This document shows positions 11,791 through 25,267 of a stretch of 64,000 nt of DNA, in pieces. Where the stretch lies: contig NC_087437.1 of assembly GCF_036321535.1 (NCBI RefSeq), positions 70,744,001 to 70,808,000 of the forward strand, given 5' to 3'. The position numbers and the translations under genes are program-made. The number at the start of each line of letters is the position of its first letter. The stretch's first letter is position 1. Origin of the DNA: Camelus dromedarius. Its lineage: Eukaryota. The notes beneath the pieces are model-generated. The model was not told the DNA's origin and did not search any database. It saw only the letters and a list, made by a program, of their open reading frames with translations.

Positions 11791-12449
11791 TGACTAGAAT
11801 CAAAGCATCCTACACATTTAGCAGAGAACTTTAAAGGATGTATAAGGATATCTCAGAGTTCCAGATACACTGAAATGACTTTCTGTATCTAGGAAGAATC
11901 AGAACTAAACATATATAAGTAACCGATCATTTGTGAACTTATTGGCTATATTCAAAGTCAAATGACAGCTTATGTCAAACTTCTACAGACATCTCACATA
12001 TGCTCAGAATACTCACCCCTCTCATCTAAGCCAGTTTCAGCATCAGCCTTTAGGTAACTATAGAATTTGTTATTGAGAATGAAGGACCAGTGCCAGTGTG
12101 ATTAGGAGCTGGTGAGATTCTTGTTTAAGTCATGTGATATGATTAATCTTAATAGATGAAGTGCTATAATCTTAGTTGGAGTAAGACTCTTTACATATGA
12201 GGACATTTTCTCTACCACTAATGCAGCATCTCCCCTATGGAACCTAAAGCCTCAGAATCTGTAATGTACTACAATACTCTCTACTGAAATTGAAATGCTT
12301 CTGAGTTGTTTACTGAACTTTCTTCAGACCTAAATTATTGACAGAGTGATGTTCTTTGATTGGCACTCAAGTTCCCCTGTGATCTAAGCCTAATTTGCCG
12401 AAGAATTAACAATTTTATTTCTTGCTCCTCCCTTTCACACATCAAATGA

Positions 12450-12752
12450 TTTACTTTTCCCAGTGCACGATGACCTTTTATTTCGTGGCGCTTGTGCCAC
12501 TTGAAATGATTTCTTTTTCCTTTCTATACTTTGAAATTCCATCTATCCTTCAAGTTTAAAGGCTTCTCTATCTGGAATCTCCACCCTTAGCCATTTCTTG
12601 AAGTTATTACTCCTCTATTTTATCTAGCTATCTGTCTATTGTTTATCTATCTATTGATTGATCTATCTACTTATCAATCATCTACCATCTATCTTTCTAC
12701 CCAACCTCCTAAAATACTGATATTTATTATATAATGAATAAATGGATGAATG
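12450..12752 (+). mobile_element. Degenerate LINE-2 3' fragment containing an imperfect (TATC/TCTA)n tract
   Basis: aaattccatctatccttcaagttt..., degenerate tetranucleotide repeat at ~12620-12700, tail aatgaataaatggatgaatg. Confidence 0.45.
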
Positions 12753-14059
12753 GTACAATGGAGGCTACAGACAGATATGGGAATATGAACAAGCAGTAAA
12801 TTAACAGTAGTCTTGAGTAGATCCTATTGCTGGCTTATGACAAAATACTAAATAAAATATAAATGTGCCTTGTTTGAATTGGTCTAGAAGCAAGGAGGCT
12901 GTCTGGTGTCTTCCCAGGCTACTGTCATTTGTAAGATAATCTACAACAATCCTTCCACCTGGTGTGTCCACGCTACCTCATAAAGGTGTGGACTGTACTG
13001 ACCTCTCTCACTTGATACCCATTGGTATGCTAAGGTTGGATCTTGTTTCTTACCTAAGCTCTAAAAATAAGGAAGCTAATACATTTAATAAGGCTTTTGT
13101 GTCTCTGACTAGTTGAATCTGATGTTTTCAAACATCACTGCTTTTCCCAAGGTCTGGACAGCACATGGTTTATTTTTTAAATTCCATTCTTTCTGAATAT
13201 TTTCTGCAAGTAAAGGATGTGCTAAGAGAAAAAATTAAGGCATTAATTTAAGACTAGGTCCTGGTACCTCATGAAAAACAAACACTAGGATGCAACTGGT
13301 TGTTGGAAGTGAATTGTGGGGGCGGCCTCAGTCAGTACCATGACACACGCACACCTGATGAGACTAGAGGGAGAAAATAGCACTTCAAGCCCAGAGTCAG
13401 GTTTAGTTATGAGTTGAAAGTGAAGTCAGTACTATTTAAAGTTTCATTTTATTTATGGGACTCACTAGGAAGTGTAGGGTTTCCAAGAAAGTAGAAGACA
13501 TGGTTCCTGACCCCGAAGGCTTTCCATACGATAAATATGAGGAAGCTAATGCAAGTGTTACTACCACATGTGACTGAAACTTATAACCAAACATGCAGAG
13601 TGACAGAGTGAGTAGGGAACTAATGCACTTCAAATTAAAGGAGTTTTCTAACTATCCTATACCATGTGTGGGATAGGGCCGTCGGGTGAAGGATTGTTGT
13701 TGCATACAAATTCCGTTGGACCTTGCAACCAGACAAAGAAGGAAATCATCTCTGGAACTTTACAGGGTAGACTCAGGAATTACCAGATCAAGGAGACCGA
13801 TGAGAGGAGATAAGAGTATCCAGAAAGTGCTGCCAACACGTGGACTGCTCCCAGCATAACATTCATAGACTCAGCCTCTACCTGAACCCCTGCCTTATGT
13901 CAAGTCTTCATTTCAATCTGTTAGGAATCTTTGTTCTGTGACTTTATAATGCAATTGTTCTGTGATTTGATAATAGAAGTTGAGCCTATACATTTTCATA
14001 ATCACTTTCTCTGGAACACATCCATTATGCAAAGGAGGGAAACTTGTGTAGCAATAATG

Positions 14060-14185
14060 ATAATGTTTTATTTTAGGTGTACTAAGTGCTTTCACATACA
14101 TTATCTCATTTGGTCTTCACAACAGACCTGAGGTAGGTGCTATCAATCTTAGAGGTGAGGAAAGTGGAGTCCTAGAGAAGTTTTA
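14060..14185 (-). mobile_element. MIR SINE (antisense)
   Basis: ctaagtgctttcacatacattatctcatttggtcttcacaacagacctgaggtaggtgctatc...agaggtgaggaaagtggagtcctagagaagtt. Confidence 0.85.
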
Positions 14186-14226
14186 TAACATTTTATTTGG
14201 ATTTCTTCTTCTCTCTCTCCCTCTAT

Positions 14227-14230
<4 letters not shown>

Positions 14231-14320
<90 letters not shown>
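14231..14320. repeat. Compound microsatellite (CT)17(GT)13(GA)15
   Basis: Read directly: CT 14231-14264, GT 14265-14290, GA 14291-14320. Confidence 0.95.
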
Positions 14321-14323
<3 letters not shown>

Positions 14324-14439
14324 ACAGAAAGATAATAAAGAAATAAGAAAGCCCTGGACATGGTTTGCACCTCTGAATAATGTCATGTAAACCTAATAGG
14401 GAAAATGATCTTAAGGAACGTTTGAAATCCATCTGATGT

Positions 14440-14610
14440 AAATTTCAGTCTTCATCTGCTTCTTACTAGATTTGTGACATTTGGCAAGTTTTTTTTTTAA
14501 CATTTCTGAGTCTAAGTTTTCTCATCTATAAAATAGTAATAATACTAGTAACAATGATTACAGAAGTATTTTGAGAATTGAATGAAAATAGTGTGAGTAA
14601 ACTGTACAAC
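14440..14610 (+). mobile_element. MIR SINE
   Basis: ttactagatttgtgacatttggcaagtt...tctgagtctaagttttctcatctataaaatagtaataata matches the MIR core. Confidence 0.8.
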
Positions 14611-15551
14611 CCTAAAAAGCAAACAATGCAAGTTAGCCATAATAAAAATATGATTATCATTATTATCTTATTTTCAGCAACAGCAGCAACACGGGTGGGG
14701 AAATTCTTAAATTTATTGAAAGGAAGATATGATACTTAAAAATGAACAGTAACACTCAGATGTATGCATGGAAGAAAGGGTTAATATCTTTCTTCCGAAA
14801 ATGATCCTCAACAGGTAAAGTGTTAAAAGGTATAGTAATCATTAGGTCGATTGCCTAAAAAAATAGCTCCAAGTATATCACCTCTTTGTGTTCTTTCTTC
14901 AATTCCTTTAACCTTTTGAAGATGTTCTAAGGCTGAGTACCTTGTGGAGAATCATCTCTGTGTGTTCAGAACAGAGAATTTGAGTCCTCCATAAACTATT
15001 TCACTGCAAATATAATAATTGTGGGACATCATGAGGTCCCCTCTGCTCCAACTCCTTGGAGATCATGAGGTGGAATAGGGATCATGCTTTTCAGGAAGCA
15101 ATACCAGATGAAGGAAGATCTTTGAAATTTTGAAGTGTCACATATAGCTTACGCTGATCCAAGAATGTCCTAGAAATAAAAACGATGTAATAGTAGGGGG
15201 TGTCCAGGGGGATGTGGAGCTGTTTTGGGTCCCTCCACCTAAAAGAATGAAAAGGATCCTTCTTACTCCTCAAGTAGAGTGGAGAAGATACTTTTCAAAC
15301 TGGACATAACCCGCCAAAAATTCAACAGTAGATATTGTTGGATCAGAGAATTACAAGGTTTTTTTTTTTAAACTTTATTTATGCTTTTTTAGTGCTTTCA
15401 AATTTCTTATAACTAACATAAATTACTTTCATATAATTTATTTTGGCAATGTTGTCTTTTAAAATATCATTTATTGTTTTCTAATACAGAGAAGAATGAA
15501 GAAAACAATTCCTCATAAACTTGCCTCCCAGATATCCTTACTGGCATTAAA

Positions 15552-16885
15552 TTTTTATTGAAGTATAGTTGATATGCAATATTATATGTTACAGGTGTAC
15601 AATATAATGATTCTCAATTTTTAAAGGTTATACTCTATTTATAGTTATAAAATATTGGCTATATTCCCCGTGTTGCAAAATATATCCTTGTAGCTTATTT
15701 TATACCTAACAGTTTGTACCTCATGATCCCCTGCCCTTATATTGCCCCTGCCTCCTCCCCTCTCCCCACTGGCAACTGCTAGTTTGTTCTCTATATCTGC
15801 GAGTCTGTTTCTTTTTTGTTATATTCACTAGTTTGTTGTATTTTTTAGATTTCACATATAAGTGATATCATACAGCATGCGTCTTCCTCTTTTTGATTTA
15901 TTTCACTTAGCATAGTGCCCTCTAAGTCCATCTGTGTTGCTGCAAATGGCAAAATTCCATTCTTTTATGGCTGAGTAGTATTCCATTGTATATATATACC
16001 ACATCTTCTTTATTCATTCATTTGTTGGTGGACACTTAGGTTGCTTTCATATCTTGGCAATTATAAATAATGCTGCTATGAACATTGGGGTGTATGTATC
16101 CTTCTGAATTAGTGTTTTTGTTTTTATCAGGTATATACCCAGGAGTGGAATTGCTGGGTCATATTTATGCTGAGTAGTTCTATTTTTAGTTTTTTGAGAA
16201 AATTCCATACTGTTTTCCACAGTGGAATTGTGGACATGGCTGCACCAATCTACATTTCCATCAGCAGGGGATATAAGGGTTCTCTTTTCTCTACATCCTC
16301 CCCAGCATTTGTTACTTGTGTCCTTTTTGATGATAGCCATTCTAACAGGTGATTTTGAGGTGATATCTCATTCTGGTTTTGATTTGCATTTCTCTACTGA
16401 TTAGCAATGTTTAGCATCTTTTCATATGCCTGTTGGCCATCTGCAGTATCTCTTTGGAAAAATTTCTTCTGCCCATTTTTTTAATCAGATTGTTTGTTTT
16501 TTTTATGTTGAGTTGTATGAGCTGTTTATATATGTTGAATATTCACCCCTTGTTGGTCATATAATTTGCAAATACTTTTCTCCCATTCAGTGGGTTGTCT
16601 TTTCATTTTGTCAATGGTTTCCTTTGCTGTACAAAAGCTTTTAAGTTTAATTGAGCCCCATTTGTTTGTTTTTGCTTTTATTTCCTTTGCTTTAGCAGGC
16701 AGAGCCAAAAAAAGTTGCTACAATTTATGTCAGAGTGTTTCGCCTATGTTTTCTTCTAGGGGTTTTATAGTATCCGGCCCTACATTTAGGTCTTTAATCC
16801 ATTTCGAGGTTACTTTTGTATATGGTGTTAGAGAATGTTCTGATTTCATTCATTTACATGTAGCTGTCCAGTTTTCCCAGCACCT
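15552..16885 (-). mobile_element. 5'-truncated L1 (~1.3 kb; decayed ORF2 C-terminus + 3'UTR)
   Basis: Minus ORFs give ORF2 motifs ([45 protein letters not shown]...TPMFIAALFIIAKI). Degenerate TSD tggcattaaatttt / tggcattgatttt. Confidence 0.95.
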
Positions 16886-16904
16886 TGGCATTGATTTTTA
16901 AACA

Positions 16905-17170
16905 TGTAATTGAAAAGTATTTAATTAAAAGTAAAATTCTTCTCATCCCTCTAATTCAAAATGCCTTGTATATCCTCCCTCGCCAAAAAACCATTTATGT
17001 ATATGCTGGCATATACCTATAGGTGTCCTCATTTTATTCATACAAAAGGAATTAGATCATATATGTCATATATCTTGTCATACAGCATATAAATCTGCCT
17101 TATTCTTTTTAACAACTCCACAGTATTCCTTGTAGGGGTGTAGCATAGGTGTTTAACCAGTTGCTGGTGA
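16905..17170 (-). mobile_element. Ancient L1ME-type 3' fragment, probably the host of the younger L1 at 15552-16885
   Basis: cagcatataaatctgccttattctttttaacaactccacagtattccttgtaggggtgtagcataggtgtttaaccag. Confidence 0.55.
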
Positions 17171-19168
17171 ACACTATTACTTTTATAATCAGAAAAATCT
17201 AATACTTTTTAAAATGTATTTGCTAAACTTTAGCCTAGAGTAAACCAAAACCTCTCTTCTTATATACTCACAGGAGAAAAAAAATCGGTGTATGTGCTTA
17301 TATGTATGTATATGTATTTGCATGAACATATTAGAGGTGGTTGTCTTGATCTATAACTTTACAGTATAAAATGTCAGGATGGCCAGGTAGATCATGTCTC
17401 TTTGTGATGCTGGCTGAATGCGGCCTCCCGCGAAAGTTGGCATACTTCTTGAGAGTTTTAACGCAGTTACTGATTACAGTATCTGAGATTTTACTGCGAT
17501 TTACATTTGAGTTGAAACTGATTTTGTCTTCAAAATAAAAGCCTTTAAAAACAGAGAAACTAATTATTTTTCCCCTGGAAAGAACTCTAAATTCTTTCAT
17601 TTTATCTCTTACCATAAAAAAAAGAAAAGCACTAAGAAATCATTGAAAAGTTGATGCAAAAATAAAATCCCTTTGAATATTTGAGCTTTGGAACTTTATT
17701 CTCCATGGACCTGCTAATGTCCCAGGTACCCAAGACAGAGGGAGCCAGATGTGGAAAAATAATTTATATCAAGACTTACTGTGATGCTAGTACGAAGGCA
17801 AATGACCCTATTGCTGAATGTAAAAAAAAAATACCCATGTGCTTTTTGAGTAGGAGGAAGAATTATGTTTGTGGACATTGGCATGATTGCTCTGTGTAAA
17901 ATGTAGAGATTGCACAACTCTAGTACAGAAAAGTAAATGCACAAGCAAGCCATATTCTAACTATTCTAACCTTGAAAATGTGGTTGTTTTTAATGACACA
18001 GTGCATCAAGGTCAAGAGAAGGTGCCCTCAGCAGATGGAAGACTTTCAAAGTGAAAAGGCTTCATTTACATTTAAAGTATTTTGGGTTACACATGATTTC
18101 TAAGGAACACTTGGTTGTTCTAGTTATAACCATGGCTCATTCCTGTTGTCATGTGTCAAGTAACTGACTTACCTCATATATTTCCCTGGCAGGTGTTTTT
18201 TGTGGAAAGGCAGGGAGAAAGAGGTGAAGGAGGAAGGTATTCCTCAATATCTTGTTATAAACCCACTAGGTGTCACTGCTTTCAGTGGGACTCTGGGAAG
18301 GAAACTGTCAGGGGACACAACTATATCTTGGCAAATAACGATTTCATGGCACTGTGACTTTTAACCTCTTGAATACATAGTGAACTGAGTAGGAGATGTT
18401 TTCATGTTTATTTGTACCTGTGGTTCCCTTACTTTATTTTATTTTGAACTTTTTTTAAGATTGAGTTTTGCAGTACTTATATTTGAACCATACTTTGTTC
18501 AGAAATAGTTTGTTGAAACTATTGTTTAACATGTATCTCCCTTTTTAAATACACAATGAAATTATTAAAGGTGATCTAGTGTTTGGTAACACAGAATGTG
18601 TCAAGAAGGCTTGATCTCACATCCTTTGTAAGGCACTTCAGCAATGAGATGCCACATACTTTCATGGCAGTGCTTTGAAAGTGATTTTCTTCTTTCTTTT
18701 TTTCTTATTCTGCTTCTCATTCTGTGTTCTTTCATCTTGCTCTTCCTTTCTCTCTCCCAGTTTCATGAAAATTCATTTATCTGTGACATTTAAAGACTCT
18801 GTCTGAGAGGTGTCTGGAGCTGTGGCCGGCTGTGTACATCAATAGTTTCTTAGAATCTGGCACTCTGTCAACATTTGGGGGCCTTGGTAACCGCACTTAA
18901 ATGTGGTGCCTGCCAGCCATCGTGCTCTTAGTGTCTCAGTAACAAGTCCAAATGACATTAGCATGTCAAATCCTCTCACACTGGCAATACTTGGTGGACA
19001 GTATATGGGCATCTAGCATTGGCCCTCTGCACTTTTCTGTTTGTCTGCTTCATTTATATGATGTCATCATCCCTTCTATATACAAAAATAGGAATCTCAA
19101 AAAAATACAGTAATGAAACTGAAGTAAACAGCATCATTGCACCATCTTGATTTGGTGGGTTTTATAGA

Positions 19169-19676
19169 CAGACAGTTCTCCACTTACAATGGTTCCACTT
19201 AACAATTTTTTGACTTTACGATGGTGCAAAAGCAATATATATTCAGTAGAAATTGTACTTCAGGTTTTGAATTTTGATCTTTTCCTGGGCTAACAGCATG
19301 CAGTACAACACTCTTTCCTGATGGCGGGCAGCAGTAGCGAGCTGCAGCTCCCAAGCACCCACGCAGTCATGAGAGTAAACACTGATACTCTTACAGCCAT
19401 TCTGTACCTACACAACCATTCTGGTTTTCACTTTCAATACAGTATTAAATAAACTCTGTGAAATATTCAACACTTTATTATAAAATAGGCTTTGCATTAG
19501 ATGGTTTTGCCTACCTGTAGGCTAATGTAAGTGTTCTGAGTGTGTTTCAGGTACACTAGGCCAAGCTGTAATGATTTTCAGTAGGTTAGGTGTATCAAAT
19601 TCATTTTTTTACTTAAGATATTTCCAACTTATGATGGGCTTATCAAGATGTAACTCCACAAGTCAAGAAAGATCTG
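19169..19676 (-). mobile_element. MER47/Tigger5-family DNA transposon derivative
   Basis: TIR-like ends cagacagttctccacttacaatgg...gtcaagaaagatctg; internal tattcaacactttattataaaataggctttg...ctgtaggctaatgtaagtgttctgag is the reverse of the MER47 consensus as recalled. Confidence 0.85.
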
Positions 19677-21570
19677 CATATAGCTATATACATAGGCAAT
19701 ACATTTTTTATTATATTCTAGGTGTTTCTTTTTGCTTAGGTTATATTTGGACGCAAATTATTGTTGCCATTTTGTGGTAGAAATATATAGAGTCATCCCT
19801 TTAGTTATACTTTAGTTGTACTTCAGGAAGGGAAATACACATACTTATTTGCCTTATAATCATGAGTTATTTGTAGGGCCATAAGTTCATTTTGACCAGC
19901 AATAAATGCTAACTTCTGATTTTATGTCATAATACAGAAGACATTTTAACTCAATCAGTCATCATCTTTGGTACAAGAAAAGCCCCTTGGGAATTTGTAT
20001 GAACCAGACAGCACGATTGAACAAAACAATGTCACAAGGGCTCCAGCCACCAGAAATAATCTGGTAATATAAAGGCAAGCCTCAAATTCAAAAAAGGAAA
20101 AATGGGCACAAGGATTGAGAGAATAGGAAAAAGGAAAGCATAAGGATACATGGATCTGTATGTAACATGGCCTGCATCAAGGGATATGGTATTTTTCTTC
20201 CTAATTCATTTACAATAAAATATAGTAACACGTACAGCTTCTAATGAAGAAATAAACATGCTCCCCTTCCTCTGTCTAGACTTAGATCTGTTTTTGTGGT
20301 CCCAGAGAGGAGGAAAATCAACGACAACAACAATATGCCGCATTAACCACAAGACTTTTATACCACCAAAACCTCATCTCAAGATATATTAGAGAACATG
20401 TTCAGCACCTTCTACGGATGAATTAGCAACATATCTCTGTTACTGTCAGTGAGACTCATCTGTTGGGCTAAGAACTTACTCTCTTCTGACTCTGGATTCA
20501 GAATTTTACGAGTATACATTATTTCTGTTCTTTGCTGTACACTGTTTAACGTTAGATACTAACCCTTTCTGAGGCAGAGCAAGAAACAGGAATGAGATGA
20601 GAACACAGGATCAGCCTGCAGAATTTATAGCTAAGGAAAGGAGGAATTTTGTTTTCTTTTGGATCATTTTAGACACACTTTGGAACTGTATTTGAAATTT
20701 GATGGGCTGCAATTTAACCATCTCTTTTCATTAACACTAAAACATTCTCTTGCCTAAAGCAGGCAAGATTTGGGTTCTTCTTCCTTAGAAATCCTAGCAA
20801 CTTCTTCAGCTCTTTCTTCCCTGGTGTATATTTTGTTTACTAATCACAGAGTGAAATGAGAGAAACGAGAACAGCGGGACAAAAGCGCTGAGGGAGTGCG
20901 TCTGATCCCCTCAGCAGAGAAGGCACATGTATTGACTCTTAACAGCCTTGGCTCCCCCTGCCAAAAAAGAAATCGCTGCCTGACTGTATGGCTAACAATT
21001 AACAGAATGCTTGGCAGGCTTGTTTAAAAGGTCTATCTTAACATGACGTAAGACCTGCTGTTATTCTGGAGGTGAGCCTTGTTGATGCCTCTGTAATACC
21101 TTAGTGCTCGACACCACCAGAGGCCCACAGCCCCCACTTCAAAAGGCACCAGAGGTAAAGGGCCTGCCAGTTCCAGTTCTGTGTTAGGTCCTAGTCCCAA
21201 GGGTGCCTTTATTCAGAAATTCGTCCCCCTCTGTTTTTTGGCTGATAAAGTGTCAGTCTCATTTTTAATTTATGAATAATAGAATTTTTGATAATGATTA
21301 CTATTTCTACCTTCCTAAAAAGCCCTCTTGCCAACTTTTAACTCAAAAGGACCCCAAGTAAGAGCTGTTATTACTACCAACGGAGTGCTTTTTAGTACTC
21401 ACCTCAAGATCTACTTTTAAAAAGGGTCGAGGGCAGGGAGGTGATACCAAATTTCTGGTGTACATACACCAGAATGGGGGGCCATTGCCTTTGAAAGCCA
21501 CTGCTTTTGAAATAACTATACATTTCTCCATAATGAAAGCCCTCTTTTACCCAGTAACTATAAAGCATAT

Positions 21571-21622
21571 AGTTTTCGGTTTCTACTCATGTAGCAGTTT
21601 TCGGTTTCTACTCATGTAGCAG
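21571..21622. repeat. Perfect 25-bp tandem duplication
   Basis: agttttcggtttctactcatgtagc at 21571-21595 and 21596-21620, followed by ag. Confidence 0.95.
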
Positions 21623-24429
21623 GCTTGGAAGCTACCTGTTTAACTAGCAGCCCTGGACCCAGAGACCATCCGTGTGCCCAAAAGTAATGAATGTTGAGTA
21701 ATGTGTGTGAATGTCTTGGAATTGTATGTTGGGAGTGGAATAGACTGGATATAAGAATAGATTATGCTGTTTAGAAAATACATAATATTGATTTTTATAG
21801 AATAAAATTCTGTAAAAACAATAGATGGATCAAAATAGAGAACAGACTGCACAAAGTAGTAGACTGGACTGAGTAATATGTTTTGGAGAAAGTTTCTCTA
21901 TAAATTTAATAAATGAGCTGCTTATTAACATTGTTATGTTTATATTCAATGCAATTTAAAACTAAGGTCTATACAGAAATTCAAACTCCTACGTAAATGG
22001 TGCTCTGTGGCTGATCACCCAAGAAGGGCGCAGTTATGCTCCAGCTCAGCTTTCTGTTTGTGAGTGATAATACTTTTATATTTACCTTCATTGTCTCCTC
22101 TCTGCCAAAATGAAATGAAACTCACTATTTGGGAAACTGTACCATATACAACCATTTTAATACCACTATCTGCAAGTTATAAACATGGAAATCTAACCTA
22201 TGTGCAATAAAACATCCCAAGAAAGCCCTGGTAAAACTGATGTGGCAATCCTTTGACAGCATTAGGACTCTAGGTATTAACCAGCACAGTGCCATACTGG
22301 TTGATACCTTGTCTTCTTTCTTGGTCCAGTGAGAGCTCTGGTAAACTAAGGCAAAGCTCGAGTTATGATCTAACTCCACATAAATAGCAGAACTTTTGAT
22401 TTTTGTCTCAAATGACAAAAAAAAACAAGATTTGTAACTTGTTTATGTGGTGCCAAGCACTTTAGAATTCTCAGGAAATTATTTGGATTTCAAACTCAAT
22501 GTGGAGAAATGCTCTGCCATTCTGGATTCTGGTTTTTGATTACCTTGATTATCTAGACACATGTCCAATATTAAACTCAGTGTGTTCTAAATTATTGGTA
22601 GCAGTATTTCAAAATCTCAAAAAACGAAGCCAATTTTAATGTAAAATTATATTTTAAGAAAGAGTAGTCAGGGCAGAGCGATACAAAATCACATGAGCAA
22701 CAGGGCACCAGAGATTTTAAACAACTGTAAATCACTGTTTTAGATGTTGAGGACAGGGAATGCACACTTTCAATGTACAGTGATTTTATGCACAGTGGTC
22801 CAGATAGCAGCAATTTGAGACATAGGTATAACCGACCACTTCAGAAAAAGGACAGTCATTTGAAATGGACACTCCCTGAAACAGAAAATAAACAGAATAA
22901 TGTTAAATAAAAGTTAATGTTAGTATTCTTCAGGAGGGAAAATAAAGATCACAAGAGCATCTCATCCCATTGCTCCCTCATCAGGTGTATGAGTTCATAC
23001 AGCCATGTGAGCTTGCATGTGTTAATAGGTCCTAAACAACACCACATACCTGAATATGCATAGCCACATTGCTGCTTTTATGTGGGATTATCTTCTTTCT
23101 CCATAAATGTGTTATATGCAAGGGAAGGCATAGAACTTTGTTTCTTTTGAATCTTCCTGCAAGTCTTATATTCTCAATTATCTTTAACCGTTTGGTAAAC
23201 ATCATTGATGGACTGAAAATAAAGAATGACTAGCTTTGTGGGCAAAATAGCATCTAGAAATAGAGCGTAGAAAGTTAACCAAGAGAGAGAAATGTAAAAC
23301 TGAAATTTAAAAATAGCTGTAATAGTAGACGGCATAAAAAGCACGAAGAATATGGGCATTTCTACTATTTCCTCTGAGCGTAGATCAGACACTTCATCAT
23401 GCTTGTTTAATATTCAGCTAAAACTGGATGTGAGTGTCTTGGAGGGAAAGAGTTATAAAACCCCTCCCGGTAAAATATAAATTTTAAACTAAAAAAAAAA
23501 AAAAGGTCTTTAAGGAAAAGCCAAACCATTGAGATTGTTTTTTGCCTTAAAAAAGGAAGGTTGAGATAGTGAGCTAATACTAGTTTTTAAGCAAGTGATG
23601 GAAAGGAAGAAATGAGACTTTCTCTCTTTTCTTCACTGAGACCCCATAGTGATGAAATAGGCTTTTATTCTGCAAAGAAAATCTTTAAGTTTGATGAAAA
23701 GGTAGGCTCTTGATAGTGAGGCTTCTCAACACTGAGAGGAAGTTCTGGGTTTGTCTTCTGTGCAGCTCTTTAACCTAAGCAGGATAGACTCACATCTTTA
23801 TGGAATGGTCTAAATGTGTCAGGGAGAGGGAAGAAATGGCTTCTCTAGGTGATTCACATTTTTCAGGACTCTCTTCTTCTCTCTCTTTTTAAAACCCACT
23901 GTTATTCAGAAGCAAAAACCGCGAAAATCCACTAGGACTACTAAATGTGCTTGGCCGAGGTGAAGGTGCCACCAGTGTTTTAGTGGAGAATTCTCAGGAA
24001 TCTCACGATGTTACCCTTCATTCCATATAGTCACATATGTAACCATCACACTGTGTTACCATCATCACCTAGAATAATTGATGTACTACAAGCTTGGAAT
24101 TGTGGGTACAGCTGCTGAAAAAATTTACTTGTGGACAAAGAGATTAGAACATTGTTCAGTGTTCTGTAAAAAGGTGAAGTAGACTTTTCTTTTGGAAAGG
24201 TAGCGCATTTCACTCTGCTTATTGCTCTCAATACTCAGAGGCAAGCCCATTTCTATTAAGCTTAAGTCATTCCCTTCCTATGGCACTAAGTATTTTTGAT
24301 TCATCTCCAAGAATATGAAGCCAAAATGTGTTGGTGGCATTTGATTTAAATAAGGGGAGAGATCCACAGAACACAAGTGGAAAAAAGGCTATCTTTAGTT
24401 AAAAATTTTAAAAAAAACATATACCAAGC

Positions 24430-24600
24430 TCTTCCTACTTGCCAAATACTCTTCTGGGAAATAGAGGTACACAAATAAATGTGTCCATTGCTGAAGAGAG
24501 CTCACAGACTGGTGGGAGAAGCAGATGTGGAAACAGATAACTGCAGTACAAAGAGATGGGTGTTGGGGTGAAGGTTGGTGCAAGGTACTGTATAGATTTA
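24430..24600 (-). mobile_element. LINE-2 fragment (antisense)
   Basis: gtccattgctgaagagagctcacagactggtgggagaagcagatgtggaaacagataactgcagtacaa. Confidence 0.55.
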
Positions 24601-25069
24601 CCTGGGACATTTCTGGTTTATGCCTATGGTCTTGGTATAATTTTTCATTGGGTTCTTTCACCCTCAAAAAGTGTCCCTGTTTGAACGATAAATCATATGG
24701 TCACCCTGTGAATAGCTATAGCTGGCAAATCTGCCTGAGGTTGTCTAGCAGGATCTTCCACGGAACAGGACAGAAAATCAAAGAGATTAAGAATACTTTG
24801 CCACATGTGTTAGCTACATCTAAATGGAAATGAAGAATCTGAGTAGACTGACTGACTTTCGTGTCTCCAGGCGTTGTCAGAGGGGTAGAATGGGAATTTA
24901 ACTTATATGCGGTGAGGGGAGAGGGACAGGCAGGATGATCTAAACCCCTTGTTATATGAGATACACAAGTGTTGTTGTCAAATGAGCCATTAAACCACTA
25001 GTTCCATGAAGCTCTCAGGACTGAAAGGTGCAGTGAGAAAGAATTAGAAGCCATAATGGGGAATTTTAG

Positions 25070-25267
25070 AAAGACAAGTTAAGGCTGAATATAAGGAAGA
25101 ACATTTTGAACAAATAGCAGTGTCCTAAAGCAGGCTTGGGTTGTATGTGAGGTTGTGGGCCCCAGCCCCCTGGCGGGGTGCAGCAGAGGCTGGATGGCCA
25201 CTGCGGGCAAACAAGTCCTAGGGTATTCAGGGTCCTTTACATGTTGCTCTGTGATTTGATGATTCTA
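25070..25267 (+). mobile_element. L3/CR1 LINE 3' end
   Basis: aggctgaatataaggaagaacatttt...gcagaggctggatggccactg...ctctgtgatttgatgattct resembles the CR1/L3 3' region. Confidence 0.65.

Noticed and set aside
14149..14432. Three overlapping minus ORFs with LSLS/HTHT/RERE runs
   Set aside because: Translations of the compound microsatellite.
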